From Sulfurospirillaceae bacterium (lineage in GTDB: Bacteria; Campylobacterota; Campylobacteria; Campylobacterales; Sulfurospirillaceae): a stretch of DNA of 64,000 nucleotides. The DNA is taken from NCBI GenBank assembly GCA_033723415.1, contig JAWVXD010000001.1:96001-160000 (forward strand), given 5' to 3'. The notes below the pieces were generated by a model. It saw only the letters and a list, made by a program, of their open reading frames with translations. It was not told where the DNA came from and did no database searches. The position numbers were made by a program, and so were the translations under genes. Shown piece after piece: positions 1 through 10,977 of the stretch (position 1 is its first letter; each line of letters begins with the position of its first letter).

Positions 1-735
1 TATTGTATTACTCGCTTTAATCATAGTATTAAGTCTTGCCTGATTTTCACTTGCTACAGACTCTAAAAATGCCCTATATATTGAGATATGTAGATATTCT
101 TTTATCAGAGAGTGCAAAATGTCTTTAGAGTTTAGATAAAATAGCGGCTCTTTTCTTAGTGATCTTTTATGCAATTTTGAAAAATCAGGAGGCAAAACTT
201 TTTCTTCAACAATTTTATAACTGTCTGTTTCTAGTTCTGCGTGTATGAGAGTTATGTTATCAAAGTGCTCTTGCTCAAATATTTCTATGAGATATGAGGA
301 GAGTTCAATCGCATTGACCTCTATAGCCTCAACACTTGAAGTACCGCTTAGATAGTGTTTACATGAGATTTTTCTTGATTTTGCTTCTTGTGCACCTTTT
401 TCACCCATAACAATAGTAATAGAATCTTCAGTCGGAATTTTTTTGAAAAAATTTAAAATATCTTCATTGAAAAAACCACAAAGCCCCTCCTGTGATAAGA
501 AGAGTACATAAATTGTTCTCTTCTTATTGTCTGGATTATATTTTATAAGATGTGGAAAAATTGTGATAATATCTCCAAATGAATCTTCGATGGAGTTTTT
601 GTAAATACGAAAATTTGATAGACTCTTTTTAGCTGTTTGCACATTAAAATTGGCAAAGGCTTTCATTGCTGAGACGATCTCTTCTATCTCTCTCATACTT
701 TGCAGTTTTCTTTTTAATTTTAAAGAAGTGATCAT
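1..735 (-). CDS. atpG: ATP synthase gamma subunit, N-ATPase type (3' end runs off the window)
   Basis: Not in the ORF track. Manual translation from ATG at 735 (ATGA overlap with the atpA stop) gives MITSLKLKRKLQSMREIEEIVSAMKAFA, and the window edge reads ESVASENQARLNTMIKASNTI; both are typical gamma segments. Confidence 0.9.
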   Translation of the reverse strand, partial: MITSLKLKRKLQSMREIEEIVSAMKAFANFNVQTAKKSLSNFRIYKNSIEDSFGDIITIFPHLIKYNPDNKKRTIYVLFLSQEGLCGFFNEDILNFFKKIPTEDSITIVMGEKGAQEAKSRKISCKHYLSGTSSVEAIEVNAIELSSYLIEIFEQEHFDNITLIHAELETDSYKIVEEKVLPPDFSKLHKRSLRKEPLFYLNSKDILHSLIKEYLHISIYRAFLESVASENQARLNTMIKASNTI

Positions 736-2246
736 GACTGCCACTCATTTATAAATGTCTCTGTTGCCGTTTTCAATTGGCTTACCAAATAGTTGTCTAT
801 ATCATTTGCTGTTGCTACAGCCTGTAAGATGTCTTGATAGTGCGTTTGTAGGTAGATAGCAAATTTATCTATAAATAATTCTATATGTTCCAATGGTATC
901 GTCTTCAAATACCCTTCGTTATGAAGAAAAAATATCGCTACTTGTATTGGCATGCTGATATGTTCCAAGCGATCCTGTTTGAGTGCAACCCTGAGCGCTT
1001 GTCCTTTGTCTATAAGTTCTTGAGTTTCTTTCTCTACTTTTGCACCAAATTTTGTAAAAATTTCAACTTCCAGAAACTGGGAGTAATCAAGCTTCAATTT
1101 GATTGCCATTTTCTTGAGTGCTTGTACCTGCGCTTTGGCTCCGATACGAGAAACTGATCGACCAATATCAATAGCAGGTAAAAAACCTCTGTTAAAAAGT
1201 TCTCGATCTAGATAGATTTGACCGTCAGTTATTGAAATGAGATTAGTAGGAATATAGTCAGAAATTCTTCCGGCTTGGGTCTCTACAATAGGAAGTGCCG
1301 TGATCGAACCGCCTTTGTGCCGATCAGATCTTTTACCGGCTCTCTCAAGAAGTTTTGCATGGATAAAAAAGATATCTCCCGGATATGCTTCACGCCCCGG
1401 TGGAATTTCAAGGAGTAAAGAGATACTTCTATACGTATCTGCGTGTTTGGTAAGATCATCATAAATGATTAAGACATCCTTTCCTTGGTCTGCAAAAAAC
1501 TCTGCGATTGCAGAGCCTGAATAAGGGGCTATAAATTTCAGACCAGGCGCTGCATCTGCCGGTGCAGCAATAATAATAGTATAAGAAAGGGCATTACTTT
1601 TTTTTAGGTCATTGATCACTCTGGATATTTGCGCTTTTTTTTGTCCGATGGCAACATATATGCAGTAAACGTTTTTATCTTTTTGATTGATGATGGTATT
1701 GACAGCAATAGAAGTTTTCCCCAAAGATGAATCAGAGATGATAAGCTCCCTTTGTCCTTTTCCTATGGGTATCATCGCATCTATGATTTTGATACCTGTA
1801 TAAAGCGGTTCTTTGACAAAATCACGCTCTGTCATTTTGACAGCTTCTCTCTCTATATGATAATACTCTTTTGTTTTTATCTCTTTTTTTTCATCGATCA
1901 GTTTCGAGAGAGGGTCGATAACTTTGCCAAGTAATTCGTATCCGACCGGGATTGAGATGCTTTGATCGGTACAAGTTACTATATCTTTTACATTAAGAGT
2001 GGTATAATCACCTAAAACCACAGCTTGGACAGACTCTTTTGTGATATTGAGAACCAAAGCAAAAAGATTGTGCGGAAGTTTTAAAAGTTCAAAGTAAGCA
2101 ACACTAGAGAGATCTTTGACCTCTATGATGCCATCACTTATTTTTGAGATATATCCCTCTTCATTTATAGTGATTTTTGGTGTAAACTGATGAGATATCC
2201 GGTAAAGTTTTTCAAATACTTGATCAATTTGTTTTTTTGTTCCCAT
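732..2246 (-). CDS. atpA: ATP synthase alpha subunit, N-ATPase type
   Basis: Motifs IPIGKGQRELII, YDDLTKHA, PPGREAYPGD, TNLISITDGQI, SVSRIG. Walker A is degenerate (SDSSLGKT). Confidence 0.95.
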   Translation of the reverse strand: MGTKKQIDQVFEKLYRISHQFTPKITINEEGYISKISDGIIEVKDLSSVAYFELLKLPHNLFALVLNITKESVQAVVLGDYTTLNVKDIVTCTDQSISIPVGYELLGKVIDPLSKLIDEKKEIKTKEYYHIEREAVKMTERDFVKEPLYTGIKIIDAMIPIGKGQRELIISDSSLGKTSIAVNTIINQKDKNVYCIYVAIGQKKAQISRVINDLKKSNALSYTIIIAAPADAAPGLKFIAPYSGSAIAEFFADQGKDVLIIYDDLTKHADTYRSISLLLEIPPGREAYPGDIFFIHAKLLERAGKRSDRHKGGSITALPIVETQAGRISDYIPTNLISITDGQIYLDRELFNRGFLPAIDIGRSVSRIGAKAQVQALKKMAIKLKLDYSQFLEVEIFTKFGAKVEKETQELIDKGQALRVALKQDRLEHISMPIQVAIFFLHNEGYLKTIPLEHIELFIDKFAIYLQTHYQDILQAVATANDIDNYLVSQLKTATETFINEWQS

Positions 2247-2247
2247 T

Positions 2248-2997
2248 TTACAACTCTTTGAAAACTTTATCTTCCAGTTGTTTCAATCTTCCTTGGATTG
2301 AACCATCTATTATCTTGTTTTCTATTCCTACCCTTATACCGCCTATGAGAGAATTTTCAGTAATAATGTTTAATGAGACTATTTTTAGATCGAAAGTATT
2401 TTCAAGTGTCTCTCTGATCAGACGCATTGTTTCATTTTTTATGTTTAACGGTGTAGATATATTGATCTCACACTCTTTGTTTTTCAGCTCTTCTTTTAAT
2501 ATTTTTATCTCATTTGTATTTTTACTCTTTATTTCATAAAGGAATTTTTCGATAAGTTTTTGATGAATATCTTCATCTATAAATTCTTCTACAAATCTGC
2601 CAAGATAATCAAGACTAAATTGTAAACTTTGCTCTTTGATGTCATTTTCTACTTTCTTTTTTTCATGCTCTAGTATGCTTTTTTGCTTTAATCTCTCTTT
2701 CCCAAGTTCTTTGTCTATTTCTTCCAAAAGACGGATCTTCTCCTGCTCGGCTTCTTTTCTTGCGATACTAAGCTCTTTTTCTTTTAAAGTATCTATCTCT
2801 TTTAGTTTATCTTGATAGTGCAGTTCTTGTTCTTTTAGTTTATCTTCACCGATTTGCAGGTCTTCCAAACGTTTTTTGATATTTTCATCCCTCTTTTGAA
2901 TAATGTTCTTTAACGGGTTGAAAAAGAGTTTGTATAAAATATACAAAACAACAAAAAAGTTAATCGTCTGAAATAAAAAAGTCCACCAATTAAACAT
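2248..2997 (-). CDS. atpF: ATP synthase subunit b with C-terminal delta-like domain (N-ATPase AtpF)
   Basis: N-terminal TM helix (WWTFLFQTINF), coiled coil, and delta/OSCP-like tail LIGGIRV...IDGSI. Confidence 0.9.
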   Translation of the reverse strand: MFNWWTFLFQTINFFVVLYILYKLFFNPLKNIIQKRDENIKKRLEDLQIGEDKLKEQELHYQDKLKEIDTLKEKELSIARKEAEQEKIRLLEEIDKELGKERLKQKSILEHEKKKVENDIKEQSLQFSLDYLGRFVEEFIDEDIHQKLIEKFLYEIKSKNTNEIKILKEELKNKECEINISTPLNIKNETMRLIRETLENTFDLKIVSLNIITENSLIGGIRVGIENKIIDGSIQGRLKQLEDKVFKEL

Positions 2998-3002
2998 GAC
3001 GT

Positions 3003-3269
3003 TTATTTCACTACTAAACTAAGTAAAGGATTGGCAAACAAAATGATCAGCGCAATAACAAGTGAATAGATCGCCACCGATTCAACCATTGCCATTCCGA
3101 CAAAAAGTAGACGAGTTATCTCATTGGCAGATTCAGGTTGTCTTCCAATAGTCTCTATTGCTTTTGTAAGTGCATCGGCTTCACCTCGTGATGGTCCGTA
3201 TCCTCCTATTGCGATCGTCAAACCTGCAGTAATGATAGATACTGCCACGATTATAGTCATACTATCCAT
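3003..3269 (-). CDS. atpE: ATP synthase subunit c, N-ATPase type
   Basis: Start reassigned to MDSM (ATG 3269, preceded by GAGGAG). Two TM helices, RQPE loop, ESVAIY, and an extra Glu in helix 1 (PSRGE). Confidence 0.93.
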   Translation of the reverse strand: MDSMTIIVAVSIITAGLTIAIGGYGPSRGEADALTKAIETIGRQPESANEITRLLFVGMAMVESVAIYSLVIALIILFANPLLSLVVK

Positions 3270-3270
3270 T

Positions 3271-3969
3271 TTATTTCTCCTCAGTTGAATTAAGGTTTTC
3301 TGCTCTGATGCCACCGATGATAAAGATGTAAGTCAACAGGCCAAAAAGAAAAGCATGTAAAACATCTCCTACTATACTAAGCAATATCATGGGTACCGGC
3401 ACTAAAAAACCAACAAGGGCGATCAAAATCGCAACGATCATCTCCCAGCTCAGCATATTACCAAAAAGCCGTATCGCCATCGCGAATATTCTTGAAATAT
3501 CTGCAAATAGGTTGAACGGCAGTAAAAAAACCGAAGGTTCAATATACTTTTTGACATATCTTTTAAAGCCATTAAATTTTATACCATAATAGTGAATAGA
3601 AAAAAAAGCTATGGTTGAAAGTGCAGCCGTGGTACTCAAGTCTCTTGTGGGATTGTGAAAATATGGTATAAGTGATATCAGATTCATAAAACCGACATAG
3701 ATCCATATCGTACCGATAAATGGTACCAATATCCAGCCGGAGATATTTGCAGAACCCTCCAGCGTTTCTTTGATCGCCATCACGATTTTTTCTGAAAAAA
3801 GCTGCGTCTTTGAAGGGTTTAAGATCGATAAGCGTCTACTGATCACAAATGACAAAATAGCTAAGATAGCAATGATGATCCATGTTGTAATAACAGTATC
3901 TGACACAGGTATTGTAAGTCCTGCAGCTTTAATTTCAAATTTTACTGTCGGAAAAACATTTTCAATCAT
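3271..3969 (-). CDS. atpB: ATP synthase subunit a
   Basis: PTRDLSTT, PFNL and the conserved Arg in RLFGNM; strongly hydrophobic. Confidence 0.93.
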   Translation of the reverse strand: MIENVFPTVKFEIKAAGLTIPVSDTVITTWIIIAILAILSFVISRRLSILNPSKTQLFSEKIVMAIKETLEGSANISGWILVPFIGTIWIYVGFMNLISLIPYFHNPTRDLSTTAALSTIAFFSIHYYGIKFNGFKRYVKKYIEPSVFLLPFNLFADISRIFAMAIRLFGNMLSWEMIVAILIALVGFLVPVPMILLSIVGDVLHAFLFGLLTYIFIIGGIRAENLNSTEEK

Positions 3970-3987
3970 AATAATCTCTCATGATCC

Positions 3988-5825
<1,838 letters not shown>

Positions 5826-5833
<8 letters not shown>

Positions 5834-6113
5834 AGACAAAGAGAGTGAGAAATTTAAAAAAACCATAGATAAACAGGCATCATGGCTGGTAAAATGGCGA
5901 AAAAAAGGAATTATTTGGGAAAAGGTCATGATAGTTGGTGCGATAGGCTGGATGATCATATTGCCGATGGTAATAGGAGGTTATCTAGGAAAGTATCTGG
6001 ACAAGCATTATAAAATGCAGACAGGTGATATCTCCTGGACGATGACTTTTATCATTTTAGGACTTTTAATCGCTATATACTCTGTCTGGAGAGTATTTTT
6101 TTATAAAAAATGA
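5826..6113 (+). CDS. atpQ: N-ATPase AtpQ (AtpZ/AtpI-like) membrane protein
   Basis: GAIGWMIILPMVIGGYLGKYLD...SWT; two TM helices; follows atpC. A GTG start at 5826 is inferred. Confidence 0.8.
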
Positions 6114-6352
6114 AAGAGCTACTTCTATTTTTTACGGGTGTCGCGATCGGATTTTTCTATTTTTGGCATCTTTATCTACAATTAAATTATCTAAAAAATA
6201 AGCATAAAATTCCTATCTTCTTTACCTTTTCTATACGCTTTGGCTTATTTAGTATCATTCTTGCTATACTATTTCATTTATTTCATTCTTTAGTGCTTTA
6301 TACAATTTTGGGATTTATCATTAGCAAGTTTTGGATCTATTTTTATAAATAA
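6110..6352 (+). CDS. atpR: N-ATPase AtpR-like small membrane protein
   Basis: Hydrophobic 80-aa protein, GxAIGFFYF-L and SIRF; occupies the canonical position after atpQ. Confidence 0.7.
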   Translation: MKELLLFFTGVAIGFFYFWHLYLQLNYLKNKHKIPIFFTFSIRFGLFSIILAILFHLFHSLVLYTILGFIISKFWIYFYK

Positions 6353-6416
6353 TAACGTGATCTCACACAGATAAAGCAATTTTCAACTACATAATGTCCA
6401 TATTTTGTACCTGGTA

Positions 6417-6444
6417 AAGGAAGCCTTTATACCAAAGGCTCCTT
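6417..6444. terminator. Hairpin between convergent atpR and CMD genes
   Basis: AAGGAAGCCTTT-ATACC-AAAGGCTCCTT with one bulge. Confidence 0.5.
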
Positions 6445-6478
6445 CAGTAGTATAATAGCCATATGACATATCAATATC

Positions 6479-6814
6479 TTATGATTTCTTTGTAAAATCG
6501 TTGATGGCTTTTTCTAATGGCATCATATACATCAGTGCAGGTCCTCCGTGCATTAGAACCGCCTGAAATGCCGATTCAAGTATCTCTTCTCTGGTTGCAC
6601 CGGCATCAATTGCCTCTTTTACATGGTATACGATGCATGATTCGCACTGTAGCGCTATTGATAGTGCAACATTGGTAAGCTCTTTTTGTTTTGTATCCAA
6701 TGCACCAGGTTTTGCAGTAGCAACCAAAAATTTAGTGAAGCCTTCCATTTGTTCTGGCATCTCTTTTGACAATCTTGCAAGAAATTCTTTGATTTCTTCT
6801 ACTTTATGTTTCAT
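6479..6814 (-). CDS. Carboxymuconolactone decarboxylase / AhpD-like protein
   Basis: GALDTKQKEL..AL, CESC..YH, GATREEILE, GGPA. Confidence 0.88.
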   Translation of the reverse strand: MKHKVEEIKEFLARLSKEMPEQMEGFTKFLVATAKPGALDTKQKELTNVALSIALQCESCIVYHVKEAIDAGATREEILESAFQAVLMHGGPALMYMMPLEKAINDFTKKS

Positions 6815-6901
6815 TTCTATTCCTTTATTATAAAATTCTGATAACTAATCAGTTTATTGTAGTATTTAGTCTATTCCTTCAACCATATCTCTCCTTTAGG
6901 A

Positions 6902-8626
6902 TTATGTTCTATGAAGCATATTTTTAAGGCTACTTAGATCGTAGGTATTGACGACATCCTTTTTCTCCAGCCATCCTCTTCTTGCTTGGTTGAGTGCATA
7001 TACCATGTAATGCAGAGTCTCTATATTGTGTGCATCGGTACTAAGGGCAAATTTTAGTCCGATTTCTTTGGCCATTTTAGTATAAATATCATTGAGATCA
7101 AGACGTTTGGGTTGAGCGTTTATCTCCATGATACATCCCTTTGCTTTGGCTTCTTCAAAAATACGTTGCATATCTGCCTCATATGCCTCTCTTTCTCCTA
7201 TGAGTCTTCCTGTAGGATGGGCGAGTATGTTCAAGTAGGGATTGTCCATGGCTTTAAGAATTCTTTCGGTCTGCTTTTCTGCTGAGAGTTTGAACTTGTC
7301 ATGGATTGCACCCACGACCAGATCAAGCTCCTTCAAGATAGAATCCGGCCATACCAAAGAACCGTCTTCCAGGATATCGACTTCGGCGCTTTTAAGTATG
7401 GTAAAATCCTGAAGTGTCTCATTGACGCGGTCTATCTCTTCAAGTTGTGCTCTTACTTTCCTTTGATCCATCCCGTGTACGATCGGGATATGTGCAGAAT
7501 GGTCCGTCATGGCAATGTAGCTGTAACCCATTGCTTTTGCCGCTTCTGCCATCTCTAAAACACTATTGTATCCGTCACTGTACACACTGTGCATATGAAG
7601 ATCGCCTTTGATGTCATCTGTCTTGAGAAGTTTTGGAAGTGTGTTATCCCGCGCTGCTTCGAGCTCACCTCTATTCTCTCTCAGCTCGGGCTCAATGTAC
7701 CTTAAACCCACTGTTTTGTACATTTCTTCTTCTGTAGATCCTGCGATCATTTTTCCTTTTGTGTTAAATATACCGTATTCGTTGACTTTGAGCCCCAGAT
7801 CTATTGCGATCTTTCTTATCGCAATATTGTGGGATTTTGAGCCGGTAAAATAGTGCAGGGCAGCACCGTAACTTTCATCTTTGACACAGCGTAGATCGAC
7901 TTGTAAATGATTATTGAGGATGACGGTAGAGCGTGTGTCACCGTGAGAGAGAATCTCTTTTATATCGGGATATGCCACAAAATAGTCTATGAGAGAGGAG
8001 GGAGATTTGGATGTAACGATTATATCTAGGTCTCCAACAGTATCTTTTCTTCTTCTGAAACTTCCAGAAACCGTGACTTTTGAAACATCCTTTGCTGAGC
8101 GGAGATACGATTCCAATGCTTTGGCATGAGGCTCTGCGGTAGAATATAAAAAACGTTGTCCTGCTTTTTTAGCCAAAAGCATGCCTTTGAGGATCGTCTG
8201 TTCCAGTTTTTCGTCAAAACCATCCAATGCTTTTATCCGGTGTTCTTCTGCAGCTTTTCTAAGTGTCTCAAGAGAATCGATGTGCAGTTTTTCATACAAG
8301 AGTTTTGTACGTTTGGGACCGATACCCTCCACTTTGAGCAGATCAAGCAGATGGGGAGGAAAAGAGTGTTTGAGCGCTTCAAGCTTGGCAAGCTTGCCCG
8401 TTTTGACGATCTCCTCGATTTTGAGGGCTATATGTTCTCCTATAGTCGGGATCTGGGAGAGATCTGTACCATCATACACCATTTCGGAAATATCCGTACC
8501 CAGATTTTCTATGGTGCGCGCAGCATTTTTGTATGCCCGTATTTTAAAAGGATTTTCGCCCTTGATCTCCAGCAGGTCCGCAAGATCATCAAAAAAAGCC
8601 GCAATTTCCACATTTGATATCACCAT
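6902..8626 (-). CDS. polX: DNA polymerase X with PHP 3'-5' exonuclease domain
   Basis: GENPFKIRAY, HhH motif GIGPK, GSFRR, GDLD, YFTGSK, and PHP motifs HMHS, TDH, AHP, TDAH. Start reassigned to ATG 8626 after AAGGAG. Confidence 0.93.
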   Translation of the reverse strand: MVISNVEIAAFFDDLADLLEIKGENPFKIRAYKNAARTIENLGTDISEMVYDGTDLSQIPTIGEHIALKIEEIVKTGKLAKLEALKHSFPPHLLDLLKVEGIGPKRTKLLYEKLHIDSLETLRKAAEEHRIKALDGFDEKLEQTILKGMLLAKKAGQRFLYSTAEPHAKALESYLRSAKDVSKVTVSGSFRRRKDTVGDLDIIVTSKSPSSLIDYFVAYPDIKEILSHGDTRSTVILNNHLQVDLRCVKDESYGAALHYFTGSKSHNIAIRKIAIDLGLKVNEYGIFNTKGKMIAGSTEEEMYKTVGLRYIEPELRENRGELEAARDNTLPKLLKTDDIKGDLHMHSVYSDGYNSVLEMAEAAKAMGYSYIAMTDHSAHIPIVHGMDQRKVRAQLEEIDRVNETLQDFTILKSAEVDILEDGSLVWPDSILKELDLVVGAIHDKFKLSAEKQTERILKAMDNPYLNILAHPTGRLIGEREAYEADMQRIFEEAKAKGCIMEINAQPKRLDLNDIYTKMAKEIGLKFALSTDAHNIETLHYMVYALNQARRGWLEKKDVVNTYDLSSLKNMLHRT

Positions 8627-8766
8627 CTGTATGCTCCTTTTTTTGCATCCTGAACATTTTTCAGACACATAAAAAACCGACCATCTCATTCTACATGATA
8701 CCACATTTATTGCTTTTTATTTCAATTTTATTGTAGAATCAAGGTAAGAATTGAAAAGGAGAAACA

Positions 8767-9408
8767 ATGTTTAAAGACCGAAATGATGCCGGTCTAAAAC
8801 TGGCAAATGCACTCCTGAAATACAAAGATACCAATGCACTGGTACTTGCTATTCCTCGTGGTGGAGTAGAATTAGGTTATGAAGTGGCGAAAGCTTTGAA
8901 ATGTGATTTTTCTCTGATCATATGTCGTAAACTTCCTTTCCCCGACAATCCGGAAAGCGGTTTTGGCGCTGTCGCAGAAGACGGTTCTCTCTATATCAAC
9001 CCTGAATCCGCAGCTTATGTATCGGAAGAAGAAATCGTATCTATTATTCAAAAGCAAAACTATGAGATACAAAGACGTATCCATAAGCTAAGAAACAATA
9101 GAGGCTTGCCTCTTATTAAGGGACGGACAGTGATACTGATTGATGATGGCATCGCTATGGGGTCGACCATGCATACGGCAGTTTCCCTTTGTCGCAAACA
9201 TGATGCCGGAAAAATCGTAGTTGCAGTGCCTGTCGCCAGCTCTCAGGCCATTGAAAAATTCACGCAAATGGCCGATGAAGTCGTTGTGCTGGAGTCTCCA
9301 CACAATTTTCATGCTGTTGCTCAGGTATATGAGAATTGGTATGATGTAAGTGATGAGGAAGTCTTATCTATTGTTGAAAAAAGTAAAGGAAAGAGTGATA
9401 AGATCTAA
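8767..9408 (+). CDS. Phosphoribosyltransferase family protein
   Basis: FKDRNDAG, AIPRGG and the PRPP-binding loop VILIDDGIAMGST. Confidence 0.88.
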   Translation: MFKDRNDAGLKLANALLKYKDTNALVLAIPRGGVELGYEVAKALKCDFSLIICRKLPFPDNPESGFGAVAEDGSLYINPESAAYVSEEEIVSIIQKQNYEIQRRIHKLRNNRGLPLIKGRTVILIDDGIAMGSTMHTAVSLCRKHDAGKIVVAVPVASSQAIEKFTQMADEVVVLESPHNFHAVAQVYENWYDVSDEEVLSIVEKSKGKSDKI

Positions 9409-9413
9409 AAAAA

Positions 9414-10976
9414 TTATAATCCGGGAGCTTTCCACATAGAAGTCGTTACTCCGGCATCAACTAGTTTTAATTGAGCTTCGTAAGCGTATTCAAACTTCAC
9501 TTTCAAGGTATCATAAATTTTTTTATTTTCAGGATTCGGCTCAAACACTTTTTCCCAAACGACAAGTTCTTTGGCAGCTGAGGTGAGATCTTTGTATATT
9601 CCGGCTCCAACGCCTGCAGCCATTGCTGCACCTAGTGCCGTGGCTTCCGTGATTTTTGGAATTTTAACTCTGCATCCGGTCACATCACTGAGTACCTGTG
9701 ACCAAAGAGCACCTTTGCTAGCACCTCCGGCAAAGACTATCGTATCTATTTTGATACCGGTAAATTTTTTGATCTTATCAAGGTTTATAGATGAAACGAT
9801 CGCCGCATTTTCTTGTAGGCTTTTAAACATTGAAATACGGTTACAGATAAGCGGATCGAGAGAGAGGTTCAAAAAGCTTGGAGCTGCATGGTACCATTTG
9901 CCGTACTTCATAGAGTCAGAAAATATCGGGATAATTCCATATGAGCCTGCAGGAACATCTTTGGCTTTTTCTTCTAAAATCGTATAGGTATCTATGCCTT
10001 TATTTTTTGCTTCTTGCTTTTCAAGTTCACAAAACGCGTCACGAAACCATCTCATGACAAGACCGCTAAAAAAGGTTATGCCCTCTGCTTGCGAAAGTCC
10101 TCTTATGACATGTGGATTGACTCGAACCGATATATCTTTTGGTGGTATGACATCACTTTTTATATTAACGATCTGTTGCCAAAAAGATCCACCTAAAATC
10201 GCTATATCACCCTCATTTACGACGCCAAGCCCAGCTGAGCCCAGCTGAACATCGCCGCCGCCCATCACGACTTTTGTAGATGTTGAGAGTCCACTCTCAC
10301 GTGCGGCTTTTTCACTGACCGTACCCATAAGGGTGCCGACTTCCAGACATGGAGGGAAGATGTCATCTTTGAGACCGATCTTTTTTGCCATAGAACGATC
10401 CCAATTTCTTTCTTTGAGTGAAAATATCCCGGTAGTCCCGCCGTTGCTCGGATCGGTTGCGAGGATGTTGCTGAGTTTGAAAAGTATCCAGTCGCCGATC
10501 ATGGAGATCGAAGCTACCTTTTCATAGACATCAGGTTTGTTGTTCTTGAGCCACATGATGCGAGGAAGTGCGCCTAGCGCAAAAGTCTGACCAGAAGTTG
10601 CATAGAACGCTTCCTCGATGCCCGGAAAGTTTTCTTTGAGGTATGTGACCTCTTTGTCGGCTCTGGCATCGACATTTGCTACGGCAAAGAGTTCATGCCC
10701 CTCTTTGTCATAAAGCACGATGCCCTCACGCATACTGGTAGCACTGAGTGCCATAATGTCTTCACCTTTGAGATTGGCTAAGGAGAGGGCTTCTTTGATG
10801 CACTGACATGTCAGGATCCAGTTGTTGTGACAATCAAAGCTCATGCTGTTTGGCACTCCAGGTTCGCCCAGGTGCGTCCATTCGCTTTGAGATACGCTGA
10901 TTTGATTGCCGTTTTCATCAAATATAACCGCTCTGACACTCCCAGTCCCCGCATCGATCGCCATCAAATAAGACAT
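9414..10976 (-). CDS. lsrK: Autoinducer-2 (DPD) kinase, FGGY family
   Basis: YLMAIDAGTGSVRAV, TSMREG, NVDARA, SGQT, DPSNGGTTG, GGGDVQLG, GGSFWQQ, RVNPHV and the C-terminus WKAPGL, which matches LsrK. Confidence 0.9.
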   Translation of the reverse strand: MSYLMAIDAGTGSVRAVIFDENGNQISVSQSEWTHLGEPGVPNSMSFDCHNNWILTCQCIKEALSLANLKGEDIMALSATSMREGIVLYDKEGHELFAVANVDARADKEVTYLKENFPGIEEAFYATSGQTFALGALPRIMWLKNNKPDVYEKVASISMIGDWILFKLSNILATDPSNGGTTGIFSLKERNWDRSMAKKIGLKDDIFPPCLEVGTLMGTVSEKAARESGLSTSTKVVMGGGDVQLGSAGLGVVNEGDIAILGGSFWQQIVNIKSDVIPPKDISVRVNPHVIRGLSQAEGITFFSGLVMRWFRDAFCELEKQEAKNKGIDTYTILEEKAKDVPAGSYGIIPIFSDSMKYGKWYHAAPSFLNLSLDPLICNRISMFKSLQENAAIVSSINLDKIKKFTGIKIDTIVFAGGASKGALWSQVLSDVTGCRVKIPKITEATALGAAMAAGVGAGIYKDLTSAAKELVVWEKVFEPNPENKKIYDTLKVKFEYAYEAQLKLVDAGVTTSMWKAPGL

Positions 10977-10977
10977 A

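Noticed and set aside
3270..3314. Long N-terminal extensions given by the ORF track (atpE here; likewise polX, lutC, fliW, recG, ftsH2)
   Set aside because: Downstream starts have better SD sequences and match family N-termini, so the extensions are ORF-calling artefacts.
10228..10248. Short direct repeat AGCCCAGCTG x2 in lsrK
   Set aside because: It lies in the conserved coding motif VQLGSAGLG and is most likely chance.
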